From Mobula hypostoma (lineage: Eukaryota): a stretch of DNA of 64,000 nucleotides. The stretch spans positions 229,402,001 to 229,466,000 of the forward strand of contig NC_086097.1 of the NCBI RefSeq assembly GCF_963921235.1, written 5' to 3'. The notes under the pieces were generated by a model. The model did no database searches. It was not told the origin of the DNA and was given only the letters and a program-made list of their open reading frames with translations. Positions 38,140 to 50,480 of the stretch are shown here, piece after piece (the stretch's first letter is position 1; the number at the start of each line of letters is the position of its first letter). Made by a program: the position numbers and the translations under genes.

Positions 38140-38745
38140 AGTCATAGAGTCATAGAAAAATACAAAACAGAAACAAGCCCTTCAGCCCATCCAGTGCATG
38201 CCAAGATTCTCACACATTTGTTTTCACATCATTAAGAAATGCTCATTTAAAATTTTAAAATTTGGGCCATATTCCATTTAATGATTTTTTAAATGGAAAA
38301 TTAGTTTAGCTCCATTAAAAGAAGGTGTTGCCTCATTTCCAGAAAATTTCATTGGTAAGTAGCAACCAGCATCTCTAAAGGGTAGTACCGGGCTGAGATC
38401 ATATGGTATAGAATCACAGCACAGAAACAGGCCCTTTGGTCCATCTAGTGCATGCTGAACTGTTATTCTGCGTAGTACCATTGACCCACACCTGGAGAAT
38501 AGCCCTCCATACCCTTCCCATCTATGTACCTGTCCAAACTTCTCTTTAATGTTACAATCAAACTTGCATTCACTACTTTTGAACCACCCTCTGAGTGAAG
38601 CAGTTTCCCCTCATATCCCCTTTAAATATTTCACCTTTCACTAGTTCCGCTCTCACCTAAACTCATTGTAAAAAGCCTGCTTAAATGTCCCTATCTATAT
38701 CCCTCATAATTTTGCAGACCGCCATCAAATTTCTCTTCATTCTCA
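38140..38745 (-). mobile_element. CR1 3' fragments
   Basis: Tails catagagtcatag and acagaaacaggcccttt; accctctgagtgaag. Confidence 0.65.
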
Positions 38746-39114
38746 GATTCAATAAGGCACAGAACTGTATTAACAGTCAAAAATAATGAGGGAGATGAAT
38801 GGACATGGTTTTCCTCATCTTACATTAGAACTGAAAGAATAACAGTAGAATGAGGTGAGGCAAGGCAACAGAAAGAATGGCTGAGAAAAAAAGTGACATA
38901 ATACCTTCAGATGAGAGTCTTGATGCAGCTGCCAAGTAGAGATGATCACTGTAAAGCTGCTTTTGTAGTAGAGGTGGATTGCAATTAACTTATGATTTCC
39001 CTTGAGCTGCATCTGTAAATCTCTAGCAGATACCACTGATTTCTCCTGGAGTGGCTGTTTTAACTGTCTGCATCTGCTACTGTCCTATAACATTACAGTC
39101 TGTAATAGAGAGAC

Positions 39115-39215
39115 TTCATTGTCCAGTGGTCCCAATAGCCTAGAAAAATGGGTCTGTCAGGATCTGTGGTGACTTTAAGTTCATCATCAACCTGGTACTG
39201 AAAGTAGATCAATGA
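39115..39215 (+). mobile_element. Gypsy RT fragment
   Basis: PVVPIA.KNGSVRICGDFK.IIN.VLKVDQ. Confidence 0.7.
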
Positions 39216-39419
39216 TGGAAGTGAACATCCCATAGCCTTTGCATCATGCTCACTTACCACTGCAGAGAAAAGATACACACAGATTGACAGCGAGGTGTTG
39301 AGTCTGGTTTGGGGTGTAAAATGTTTCAGCCAGTACTTGTAGGGGACAGTGTTTACCCTCTTGTATGGCAGATGAGCTCAGGGCATAGATCAACACATGG
39401 AATTATGATATTGTACCTG

Positions 39420-40357
39420 TTAGTGAGACTTAGTTGCAGGATGGGCAGGACTGGCAGCTCAATATTCCGGGGCTCTGTTCTTTTAAGACATGAGAGAGCA
39501 GGAGGGATTAAAGTGGGAGGAATGGCATTACTAGTCCAGGAAAATGCCGCAGCAGTGCTCTGTCAGGACAGACTGGAGAACTTGTCTAGTGAGGCGTTAG
39601 GGGTGGAATTGAGGAACAAGAACGGTATAACCAAGTTAATGGGGCAATACTACAGACCACCAACAGTCCACGGGATTTAGTGGAACAAATTAAAGAGATT
39701 GCAGAGTGTTGCAAGAAACATAAGGTTGTAATAGTAGGTGATTTTAACTTTCCACATATTGACTAGGGCTCCCACACTGTAAAAGAATTAAATACGTCAG
39801 AGTTTGTCAAATGTGTTCAGGAAAATTTCCTTAATCTGTATGAACATGTCTCAACAAGAGAGTGTGCAACACTTGATCTCCTGTTAGGGAATGAGACAGG
39901 GCAGGTGACAGAGATTTGTGTAGGGGAACACTTTGTATCTAGTGATCATAATGCCTTTAGTTTCAACGTAATTATGGAAAAGGGTAGGACTGGTCCTTGG
40001 TTTGAGAAAGGCCAATTTTGATGGTATCAGAAAGGATCTGGCAAGTGTGGATTGGGACAGGCTATTTCTGGCAAAGGAGTACATGGTAAGTGGGAGGTGT
40101 TCAAAAGTGAAATTTTGAGAGGACGAAGCATGTATGTGCCTGTCAGAGTAAAAGGCAAGGATATCAGGCTTAGGGAGCCTTAGTATTCAAGAGATATAGA
40201 GGCTCCAATTAAGAAAAAAAAAGGAGGAACAAATGAGGGGTACTTGAGCAGTATAAGAAATGTAAGAGAACACTTAAAGAAATCAGGAGAGCTAAAAGAA
40301 GGCGTGAGGTTGCTCAAGCAGACAAGGTCAAGGAGAATCCTAAGGGTTTCTAGATAT
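39420..40357 (+). mobile_element. Older CR1 ORF2 (APE endonuclease and linker) fragment
   Basis: GGMALLVQEN; YYRPP; VVIVGDFNFPHID; SDHN motif. Confidence 0.85.
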
Positions 40358-42250
40358 ACAGCTTAAGAATGAAATTAAGAGAGCCAGAAGGGGCCATGAG
40401 GAGGCCTTGGCAAGCAGGATTAAGGAAAACCCCAAGGCATTCTACAAGCATGCAAAAAGCAAGAGGATAAGATGTGAGAGAATAGGACCAATCAAGTGTG
40501 ACAGTGGAAAAATGTGTATGGAACTGGGGTAGGTAGCGGAGGTACTTAATAAATATTTTGCTTCAGTATTCACTAAGGAAAAGGACCTTGGCGATTGTGG
40601 GGATGACTTACAGCCGACTGAAGAGCTTGAGCATGTAGATGTTAAGAAAGATGATGTGCTGGAGCTTTTGGAAAGCATCAAGTTGGATAAGTCACCGGGA
40701 CCGGACAGGATGTACCCCAGGCTACTGTGGGAAGTGAGGGAGGAGATTGTGGAGCCTCTGGCAATGAACTTTACATCATCAGTTGGGGACAAGAGAGGTT
40801 CCGGAGGACTGGGGGGGGGGGTTGTGGATGTTGTTCCATTATTCAAGAAAGGGAGTAGGGATAGCCCAGGAAATTGTAGACCAGTGAGTTTTACTTCAGT
40901 GGTTGGTAAGTTGATGGAGAAGATCCTGAGAGGCAGGATTTATGAACATTTGGTGAGGCATAATATGATTAGGAATAGTCAGCATGGCTTTGTCAAAGGC
41001 AGGTTGTGCCTTACGAGCCTGATTGAATTTTTTGAGGATGTGACAAAATACATTGATGAAGGTAGAGCAGTAGATGTAGTGTATATGGATTTCAACAAGG
41101 CATTTGATAAGGTACCCCATGCAAGGCTTATTGAGAAGGTAAGAGGGCATGGGATCCAAGGGGACCCTGCTTTGTGGATCCAGAATTGGCTTGCCCACAG
41201 AAGGCAAAGAGTGGTTGACGGGTCATATTCTACATGGAGGTCGGTGACCAGTGGTGTGCCTCAGGGATCTGTTCTGGGACCCCTACTCTTAGTGATTTTT
41301 ATAAATGACATGGATGAGGAAGTGGAGGGATGGATTAGTAAATTTGCTGATGACACAAAGGTTGGGAGTATTGTGGATAGTGTGGAGGGCTGTCAAAGGT
41401 TACAGCGGGACATCGATAGGATGCAAACCTGGGCTGAGAAGTGGCAGATGGAGTTCAATCCAGATAAGTGTGAGGTGGTTCATTTTGGTTGGTCAAATAT
41501 GATAGCAGAATATAGCATTAATGGTAAGACTCTTCTCAGTGTGGAGGATCAGAGGGATCTTGGGGTCCGAGTTCATAGCACACTCAAAACTGCTGCGCAG
41601 GTTGACTGTGTAATTAAGAAGGCATACAGCGCATTGGCCTTCATCAACCGTGGGACTGAGTTCAAGAGCCGAGAGGTAATGTTACAGCTATATAGGTCCC
41701 TGGTCGGACCCCACTTGGAGTACTGTGCTCAGTTCTGTTCACCTCACTACAGGAAGGATGTGGAAACTATGGAAAGGATGCAGAGGAGATTTACAAGGAT
41801 GTTGCCTGGATTGGGGAGCATGCATTACGAGAACAGGTTGAGTGAACTTGGCCTTTTCTCTTTGGAGTGGCGGAGGATGAGAGGTGACCTGATAGAGGTG
41901 TACAAGATGAGGAAAGGCATTGTTCGTGTGGATAGATGGAGGCTTTTTCCCAGGGCTGAAATGGCTAACATGAGAGGCCACAGTTTTAAGGTGCTTGGAA
42001 GTAGGTACAGAGGAGATGTCAGGGGTATATTTTTTACGCAGAGAGTGGTGAGTGTGTGGAATAGGCTGCTGGCGACATTGGTGGAGGCAGAAACAATGGG
42101 GTCTTTTAAGAGACTCTTGGATAGGTACATGGAGCTTAGAAAAATAGAGGGTTATGGGTAACCCTTGGTAATTTCTAAAGTAAGTACATGTTCGGCACAG
42201 CATTGTGGGCCGAAGGGCCTGTATTGTGCCGTAGGTTTTCTATGTTTTAT
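40358..42250 (+). mobile_element. Relatively young 5'-truncated CR1 LINE
   Basis: Long open RT frame and intact 3' end (tgggccgaagggcctg...ttctatgtt). Confidence 0.9.
40656..42161 (+). CDS. CR1 reverse transcriptase ORF (501 aa, transposon-derived, N-truncated)
   Basis: KSPGPD, NCRPVSFTSVVGKLME, SQHGF, DF.KAFDKVPH, GVPQGSVLGP, KFADDTK and C-terminal YRKD...QRRFTRM; no internal stop. Confidence 0.85.
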   Translation: MLELLESIKLDKSPGPDRMYPRLLWEVREEIVEPLAMNFTSSVGDKRGSGGLGGGVVDVVPLFKKGSRDSPGNCRPVSFTSVVGKLMEKILRGRIYEHLVRHNMIRNSQHGFVKGRLCLTSLIEFFEDVTKYIDEGRAVDVVYMDFNKAFDKVPHARLIEKVRGHGIQGDPALWIQNWLAHRRQRVVDGSYSTWRSVTSGVPQGSVLGPLLLVIFINDMDEEVEGWISKFADDTKVGSIVDSVEGCQRLQRDIDRMQTWAEKWQMEFNPDKCEVVHFGWSNMIAEYSINGKTLLSVEDQRDLGVRVHSTLKTAAQVDCVIKKAYSALAFINRGTEFKSREVMLQLYRSLVGPHLEYCAQFCSPHYRKDVETMERMQRRFTRMLPGLGSMHYENRLSELGLFSLEWRRMRGDLIEVYKMRKGIVRVDRWRLFPRAEMANMRGHSFKVLGSRYRGDVRGIFFTQRVVSVWNRLLATLVEAETMGSFKRLLDRYMELRKIEGYG

Positions 42251-42254
42251 ATGT

Positions 42255-42402
42255 CAAAGTACATGAATAGCATACGTTATTACGCCACCACGTCATAAGT
42301 GAGTACTTCACTAAAGTAAAACCGAAACTAGAGTACACACATTATTCCAAGCTCCATGTTTTCTTTCAATTAGTTTTAGGTTTTGGAGTTACAGAAAATA
42401 AC
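42255..42402 (+). mobile_element. Gypsy LTR fragment
   Basis: aagtacatgaatagcatacg...ttttctttcaattag...ggagttaca matches about 36948-37080. Confidence 0.7.
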
Positions 42403-42579
42403 TCTAAGCATGTATTTGAAAGTAGTGATGATCTGCTCTGTGAAGATTACAATTGCAGATCGGAGACTGTCCACATAATGCGTAGTGTTTTTAGAACTTT
42501 GGAAAGTCTTTAATAAAGACTTACATGTGAGATCAGCATACAAGATCAAAATACTTAGGATTGGGGATAACATACCGCC

Positions 42580-43310
42580 ATGGTTTGTAAATTGGTTGAT
42601 TAGAAGCTAAAGGAATAAAGGGGACTTTATAGAATGACAGACAGACTGCTGCAGAGTTCAGTACTTAAGGCAAAATATTCACATTCAACATCAATGTAAC
42701 ATCTCTAAGTCTGCAGATGACACAGAGCTGGGGTTTGAGGGTGGTAGTATGAACTGAAGAAAGATGCAAAACCAATGTGATTTTGACTTGTTAGGTGAAT
42801 GGGTAAATACATAGCATATGCATTATAACATGGATGTGAAGTCATCCGTTTTATGTGCACTGCAAAAAAGGTTCACCAGACTGACTTCTTGGTTGAGTGA
42901 GTAGTGATTGTGTCGACCAGGCTTCTATTTAAGAGTTTAAAAGAATGACATAAGGTTCCATGGGAAGGTACAAAATTATGACAAGGCATGACAGGCTGGA
43001 TTGCAGGGAATTTATTTTCCTTGGCTGGCGTGGCTGAAACCACTGGGTTAAAGCATCAGGATGTAAGATTAAATGTTTAAGACAGATGGAAGAGATATTT
43101 CTTCCCTCAGAGAGTAGTGAACTTGTGGAATTCTCTACCATAGAAGCCTGTTGAGGCCAAGTTGTTGACTATATTTAAAGAGATAGATTCCTAAGCACAA
43201 AAGGCAATGAGGGATTTGGGGATTGTGTGGGAATGTGGTATTGAGATAAAGGAACAGTCGTAATTGTACTGAATAGTTGAGCGGGTCAGTGAAGGGCTGA
43301 GTGACCTCAC
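42580..43310 (+). mobile_element. Highly degraded CR1
   Basis: tctaagtctgcagatgacaca (KFADD-like) and gagagtagtgaacttgtggaattctctacc. Confidence 0.6.
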
Positions 43311-46300
43311 ACAGTGATGTGTTCAAGGTTTCTTGGTGTTTCATGGTGTTTCATGCTTAGGGACATGATGGTTGCCAAGGATCAGAGACCCAGAGATTGT
43401 AAAGGTCTGAGGTCCAGAAATCAGAAACCAAACAGGCATCAGTGTCCCTAGGACCAGACATCCTGCCATTATATCATCCCTAGTCCAGTCTTCTGGGCTC
43501 AAGGCTAGTTTCAATCTAGACCTGGATGGTGAGCACAGATCATCCATTCTAAAGGGTCAGTAGGTATAGTGTTGGTGGACATAAGCTTGAGATCATATAA
43601 ACCAGATAAGTACTGGTGTACAGAGATCTGTCACCACATAATACTGATATACTATACTAATGTGTACAGGTCTAATGCCAGTGTTAAATGTAGTTTCAAG
43701 GAGATTTTTAAAAAAATGTATACATAGGCATAATGAACTGTAAGAATGTTTGAATTATCATCCTTCCCACAATCTTTATCTCGCAGATTTTACTTTACTA
43801 GAGATACATACATGAGTGAACATGAGGAATTCTCAGACAAAATACAGAAACCTACAGACCGTTGTCAGGGAGGAAATGTGACCACAGCATCCCAGCATTG
43901 GTCGGTGGGAAAAGCTTGGTTCTCTGGAAGGAAGGTATTAAAAGTTTGTCTTTGTGAAAGTAAACACACATATATACTGTATATATAGCTTTTTTTCTGA
44001 ATACCCCTGAGTGTTGTTTTTGAATATATTGATACAGATCTTTGAAGACTACAATGCTTCAAGCAATATACAGGAATGGATATATCTTGTATTGTCTTTT
44101 CTTCTTCCTGTTAAACATATTTAATATCATTTCCTGTCGGCCACAGATACTGGACATAATTTGGGCTGTTTAACCTATATTGCTTTCGGGAGCTAACTAA
44201 TGTTATACCGAAGTTTGCTGCACCCTCATGCACAAAAAGCCTCACCAACTAACCTTGGCCACAAGCCCCACTCACACTCTGTCCCTCAAGTTGAATGTAA
44301 TTTTAGCGATCTTTATGGCAGAACCTGCAAGTCATTCCCTTTTCATTCACTTCCTATCCTTGTAGACAAGAAAACTCACTGCTATTCAAGAATTTTCGGT
44401 GAGCTAAAAAACGCTGCAGCTACAGGGCAGGAATAGTGGAAGGAGTATTGTTCTGGGTATTGGATGAGTTACTAATCAAACAGCTGTGTTCCAGCAGTGT
44501 TCTGCTGTCATTGCTGCACATATCCACACAGATGTAGAGTATTCCATCACTATTTCGACTGGTGCCTGATGGACAATGTAAAACCTAAGATGAACCAAGT
44601 GCTGAATCACAGGCCACTGGATACTCAACCTCTGACTTGTTCTTGTAGTCATTATGTTAACTTAGCCAATCCAATTAAATGTGGCCAGTGCAACTTTACG
44701 ATATTGATGACTCGGGGTGAGGGTTAGTGCTCAGTAATGACTGTCTAGGATTGGTGGCTAGAATCTTCTTGTTGGAGTAGAGATTTTTGTCTTCTTATCC
44801 TCAACCAGTAAAACTTAAAAAAAATACAGAAAAGTTTCTGTCATTTGCAAGCATTTCATCTACAGAGGTAAGAATGGCATTCAGATTTGAGGTCTTCATC
44901 CTGTATGTTGAATGGTGTAAACTAAAAATTGAGAAAAAAGGTAGTTTAAAGGTCCAAATGTGGTTAAGGATTAGTTCAAATTAAATTATAATGCATAACT
45001 GAAATTCTCAATACAAATGCTTATTTCAGTGTTGTCCTGGAAAGATCAAAATACATCAAAGACAAATCTCAAATCTTTGTAGTTTAATTATAACATTTTT
45101 GCTGCATGGCATTGATAGCACTCTGGACTAAATTGCTCTTTATCTAAAAAATCTAGACAAAAAAATCTAATCCATTTCTGAAATCCAAAGACCATTCTTT
45201 TTTGATGTTTGTCCCAACAGCCACTGTAAGTAGTTCAATGTGTGTGAAGTTCTGTGGGATTTCTTCCAACGGCTGTTAAAAGAAACTTCTAAAAGTATGG
45301 AAGTATCTTTCACAGAGTGAAAAAAAATGCCAACTATTTTGTGTCTCAAAAAGTACAAATTTAAAGGTAGTTTTCTGTGTTAATGGTTTAGGTTTATTTG
45401 TTCCCACAAAGCCCATTTGCTAAGTTTAACTCTCAGATGCAGTGCTGTTTATGTTGAAATACTTTTGCTATAACTTATGACTCATGATTGAAATAAAGCA
45501 GCAGAGAACATGTACTAAATATTCAGTTTTGATTATTTTTTAATCAAAACCATTGAAGGCTCCATGCAAAAGCTATCTGATAGCCTTTTATAAACATAAC
45601 TTACAGTACATGCATTCTCATTCCAGATATCAGACAGAGGTAAGTTCAAGTCATCCTGTTCTCAATACTTAGTCTTGCCAAAGGACACTTAAGTGTTCAT
45701 CACAATGTTTCCTGGCACCCAATGCTGATATCACATTGGGAAATCATTCAGAAAGAAAAGAAAATCATCTTAACTAAACTTTATACACTAAAAAATATTA
45801 AATCCTGCATTACCATATGTCATACAAAAACTAGACACATTTGTCAATTTCAAATATAAAAATACAACCATTGATGTAAGCTCCCAGTTGAGATCCTTGA
45901 AACAAAAAAAAATGAAGTGTCCTGCATATGAAATTTTATTGAACTCTTATATCATGGTTTTCACTTTTAATTTTTAAATGTATAGTTTTAACCAATTATG
46001 CATTTAAAAAATGCTTTAAAGTCAATATTGAATGATGACAAATCCACTATTCAGGAAGTTTAGTAGAGATACAATACCAAGTTAGCCATGGACTGCTTCT
46101 GGGATGACATAATCTCATGAATTATGGGGAAAGTGTATGCAAGTATGCAGACCTCAAAAGTCTGCAAGATATTGTTAAGTTGGGAAATTAAGATGGATTT
46201 TTTTAGGCAGACCAGGATGAGATGTATGGGCTATTAGATTTGCATTACAAATATGAATCTCTTTGGGCTTGAGCTGGATGTAAGGGGAGTAAAAAGACAC

Positions 46301-46619
46301 CTCCACAGAACATCACCACCAAAAGAGTTCACTATGAAATGGCTTTCTGAATCAGTCTTCAATGTTGAGAAAATGATAACAATCTTCAAAGATAATTCCA
46401 ACTTGAAGTGCATTAGGATCAGAAAAATAAAAGAGGGGGAGGTCTAATGTCCACAAATACCTTCCGTAAGTCTCATTAATCAGTCACCCAAGGACAGAAG
46501 AATCCTTGCCTTTAACATCTCAAACTCTATCAACTTGAGATTCATCAGCACCATTATACCTAAACACCAGTGACAAATTGACTCACATCCTCTCTGGCAC
46601 CACTTCAATGAAGCCACCA

Positions 46620-46935
46620 TAAATTAGAAGAAACAGTACACTTCTCACCCCCCTCCCCCAGCTAACGTGACCATCATTAGATAAAATAATATCTGATCTG
46701 ATTTCTGACATCCGCTTTACTGGCCATAACTTTTCATCCTCTTGATTATCAAGAACCTGTCTTTGAAAGGATCCTGCTTTCAACAGCCTTTGAGGAACAG
46801 AGTTCCTCAAAATGCCCTATTTTTGTCTTAAATAGGCCAGCCACTTTCTTGGGACAGTAATCACTTACTCTGAATTCTCCCATGTGAAAATGTATCCATA
46901 CTGCAAAGAATTCTGAAAATCTTGTATGTTCAATT
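46620..46935 (-). mobile_element. Degraded CR1 3' end
   Basis: Minus-strand NSVPQRLLKA, a degraded form of the WNSLP motif. Confidence 0.5.
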
Positions 46936-47894
46936 TGAGTATATTAAATATGATTTTATTACTGTATGTTTGATACAATATAAATATTATTTCAGATAAT
47001 TGTATGTCTAGGGTTTTTTAAAAAACAGATTAATGCAACATTAGTTTAAAACTAATGAGGAACACCTTTACAATTTACATTTTGCTTAATAAAAATATCT
47101 TCATAGAAAGTATCCTTTTTACAAGCACCTCTAGATCGATTTTCATGTCTTTATTTGCATGAGTTTTTCTAAGCATCTTGCTAAATCTTCTTGTCCTCTC
47201 CCGAGGTAAATACCTGGGGTCAAGCATGACTTATTTCCACTATAGTTATGTGGGTTTTGAGATGGGTAAGGAGTGCAATGCAGAATCTTCAGACTCTTAT
47301 ACAGATGGGGATTGTGGGTTGCTTAGAATGCTATTCAGTCCTTTCACTCCTTCTGCAGGGCTATTTCATGCTCCCACATTGAAATCAAGATTCCTGATGC
47401 CTTTTCAAATGCTCTGATCCCACCTTGAGCAACACAGGTCTGTAATTTCTATGACGTGTTGAGGAGATAGATTTTTAGTGAAACTTTAAGAACATTTTTT
47501 AAGTATGTTTTATATGAATCTACTAGACATAATTTGGTATAGTAGAGCTCAGAGTACCATTCTCTTTTCCCAGATTTGGTATGAGATCTACCCACCACGG
47601 GCAATTAATGGCAATAAGAGATAAAATTTAGAACAGTGCAACACAGGGAATGGACCTACAGCCCACAATGTCTGGACCAACAATTTAAACTATGGCAAAG
47701 CAAACTTGATGGGCCAAAAGGCCTAATTCTGCTCCTGTCTTATTGTGTAACAGGAAGAAGGAGAATTATACTGAAAGTGAGAAAAAGCAAGTTCAAAATA
47801 TTTGTGATGAAAGATACCATGATTGCAAAAAAAATTGATCAGATAAAAGCAGGATTTTTCAAAGGCAGGTTCTTAATAATCAAGAGGGTGACAG

Positions 47895-48240
47895 AAGTAC
47901 AGTTGAAGTTTCGGGTAGTGACCCTTCAGCAGACAGGGAAAAAAAAGATGAAGAGTTAGGATTAGTAGGTAGGGGGAGGGGAGGAACAAACACAAGCTGA
48001 TAGATGGAACTGAAGTAAAGAGCTGGGAAGTTGATTGGTGAAAGAGATACAGGGCTGGAGAAGGGGAAATCTGCTAGAAGAGGACAGAAGGCCATAGAAG
48101 AAAGAAACAGAGGGAGGAGCACCAGAGTGGGCAATGGACAGGCAAGGAGATAAGGCAAGAGAGGGAAAAGGGGATGCAGAATAGAGAAGGGTGGTTACTG
48201 GTAGTTCAAGAAATCAATGTTCATTCCATCCGGTTGGGGC
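47895..48240 (-). mobile_element. Penelope-like 3' fragment
   Basis: Purine-rich 3' region and cagttgaagtttcggg...gacccttcagcag (hammerhead remnant); related to 19860-20180. Confidence 0.7.
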
Positions 48241-48299
48241 GGGGTGCTTCATTTTCATATCAGCTCAATATCTTTTCATGCTCGCTTTGACCATCAGAA

Positions 48300-48575
48300 C
48301 ATGGAAGCAGGTTTCTGAGGCTGGCGAGAGAGCATCCTTCAGGAAGGTTAATCTATGGAAAGCATCTGGCCCAGACAGGGTACCTGGCTGAGTACTATAG
48401 ACCTGTGCTGATCAACTATTCACCCATAACTTTAACCTCTCGCTTCGGCAGTCTGAAGTACCCACCCGCTTCAAATAGGTTGCAATAATGCCGGTACCGA
48501 AGAAAGATGGGGTAACCTATCTCAATTCCTCTGTGATGGAGTGCTTTGAGAGGTTGGTCTTTGGGGTCCTGCCTC
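48300..48575 (+). mobile_element. Rex1/Babar RT fragment
   Basis: FRKVNLWKASGPDRVPG; FNLSLRQSEVP..FK; VMECFERLV. Confidence 0.75.
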
Positions 48576-49259
48576 AACAATATCGACTGTCTATTTCTCT
48601 TCACTGGTGCCGCTCCACACGCTGAGTTCCTCCTGGAAGCAGCTCGTTATATTTGTATGCTCCAGAAGTCAAAACTCACAGATTTGGTAACTTTATATCA
48701 CCATTCTGTCTCCTGTTCTCATTGCCAGTTTATTGCAAAACTTCCTTATTTTATTATCACTTTCTGCCTATGGCCAATTCTGTCTGCTACTTACAGCTCA
48801 CCCTCTTTCTACCACCCCCACCATGTTGTTTCAAGACCTTCGCAACCAATTGAGCAGCAACAGATTAACGGAGAAAACAGAAGTGATACTATAAAGGTAT
48901 TCATAATAAATTCATCTTACTCTACCGCCCCTTTAATAACCACACCGTTCGTTACATTATCTTAACATTCAGTAGTTCAAGGTGCCTTCTGCTGCTGTAC
49001 ATTCCACGTCTGATCAGCGGGTCTGTATCCCTGAACAAACAATAACCCGCAAAAGCAACAGCTTTCCTAACAGCACCCCCGACATTAAAGGGACGAGGAG
49101 GAAATCTAGTGCCGGAGGAAGCCGGCGCTGGTTCCACCAGGAGAGTAATTCCAGTGTGTTACCGTGACTCTGCACATTAATGTCAGGCACGACGGTCTCA
49201 GGTGAATAGGAGTAGTGAGGGAGTGTGTCGCTGGGGGAAGGAGGATTGACCAGGATTTG

Positions 49260-50480
49260 GATGGGTGACCTGGCGATTGGCTGGCCAGCGGGAGCTGCGG
49301 CCGCGGTGGCGGCCGGCCGGTGGTTCGCGCGGCGCGGTGCAGTGTGGGAGTGAGGGTTGGCCGTTGGCGTCCGCTGCGTGTCTCGCGGACTCAGACCGCT
49401 GCGACCTGGCGCTGGGGCGCGCGGACCCACGGAGCGTGCGAGCGAGCGAGCGAGGGAGCCTGGGCGCGCGGCCGCTCGCAGCGGGACAAAAAACAGGCGA
49501 GTGAACGGACGCTGGGCGACGGCGAGCCGCAGGCTCCACTTGGCGCCCGGGCCCCGCAAGCACAAGGGGGAAGGGAAGGTTGCGAGACCCGCTCCTAACT
49601 TTTCGAATTAACCTGACGCTGGAAAAACGAAAGGGAAGGGAATCTCGGGAAGCGAGAAGCCTCCCCCATCCCCCCCACCTTGGCTCGAATCGGATCGGCG
49701 CCACACAAACACACACAATGTCCGGTGAGAGGAACAGGCGTTCGCTGGCTTTCCGAACCGGGGCAGCGGGAGCCGCCGCCAACGCGGTGAAAATAGAAGC
49801 TGATCTCGACACCCACAACAACACAGAGGCCTCAAATGGGGCCCTCGGCCGGAGTAGTCCGAGCAAGCCGGCTGCTCTCCTTGCGGTGGACGGTGGAGAC
49901 GGAGCCAAGGAGAAGGCCGCCCAGGATCAGGAGGAGGACTGGGTGGAGACGGTGGTGGTGGACGATGTGTACCCAGAGCAAGAGGTGTCGGTGCGAGTGG
50001 TGGACGGCGGCTCCATTAGCAGCAACGATTCGGAGGAAGAGGAGCCGAACGGACCCAGGTGCGAAGGGCCTGCCATGACCCCCGGGGATGGGACCGGAGT
50101 TCGAGTCGGACGAGAGGACGAAGAGGAGGATGATGATGATGAAGAAACGAGCGGTTATAGCCGGCCAGGAGCCGGTTTGACCCTGTTGGGGAGACCGCAG
50201 TCCTTCTTGTTACCGCAGCAGCGCACTTTCCAGAGGTCGTGGCTGCAGGAGTTCCCGTGGCTTCAGTACGAACAGGAGACAGGCCTAATGTATTGCTCTT
50301 GGTGCCTTCGGGCTAACAGCGGCACGGGGAGCTGCAACAACCGCAACAAGTTCGTGAAAGGCAGCCGCAATTACAGGAGGACCACGTTATTGCGGCACCA
50401 CCTCTACGCCGAGCACCGGGAGAATGACCCTGCGGCTGTGGCTGCAGCTGCCTGTATGGAGGTGAGGCAACTAAAAAAAT
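49260..50480. promoter_or_regulatory. CpG island / promoter of the zinc-finger gene
   Basis: Abrupt GC- and CpG-rich block (gcggccgcgg, cgcgcggcgcg, gcgagcgagcgagcg) in an AT-rich, CpG-depleted background. Inverted CCAAT (GATTGG) near 49275. Confidence 0.85.
49718..50461 (+). CDS. First (or first coding) exon of a TTF-type zinc-finger protein gene (ZNF862/C17orf113-like, hAT-transposase-related)
   Basis: ATG at 49718 in the context CACAATG, inside ORF 49580-50491. Acidic low-complexity N-terminus (SEEEE, DEEEDDDDEE), then RTFQRSWLQEFPWLQYEQETGLMYCSWC...FVKGSRNYRRTTLLRHHLYAEH, which fits the ZnF_TTF pattern (F..SW...FPWL...C..C...H....H). Strong phase-0 donor GAG|GTGAGG at 50461/50462. Lies in a CpG island. 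Confidence 0.85.

Noticed and set aside
41739..42203. Antisense ORFs over CR1 (also 17750-18400 and 40442-40846)
   Set aside because: Shadow frames of LINE coding sequence.
49580..49717. N-terminal extension of the 303-aa ORF
   Set aside because: It starts at TTG; the first ATG is at 49718. The ORF end at 50491 is probably read-through past the splice donor.
49014..49908. Long overlapping ORFs on both strands (183 aa, 236 aa and others)
   Set aside because: Ala/Arg/Pro-rich by-products of the GC-rich CpG island, with no domain features.
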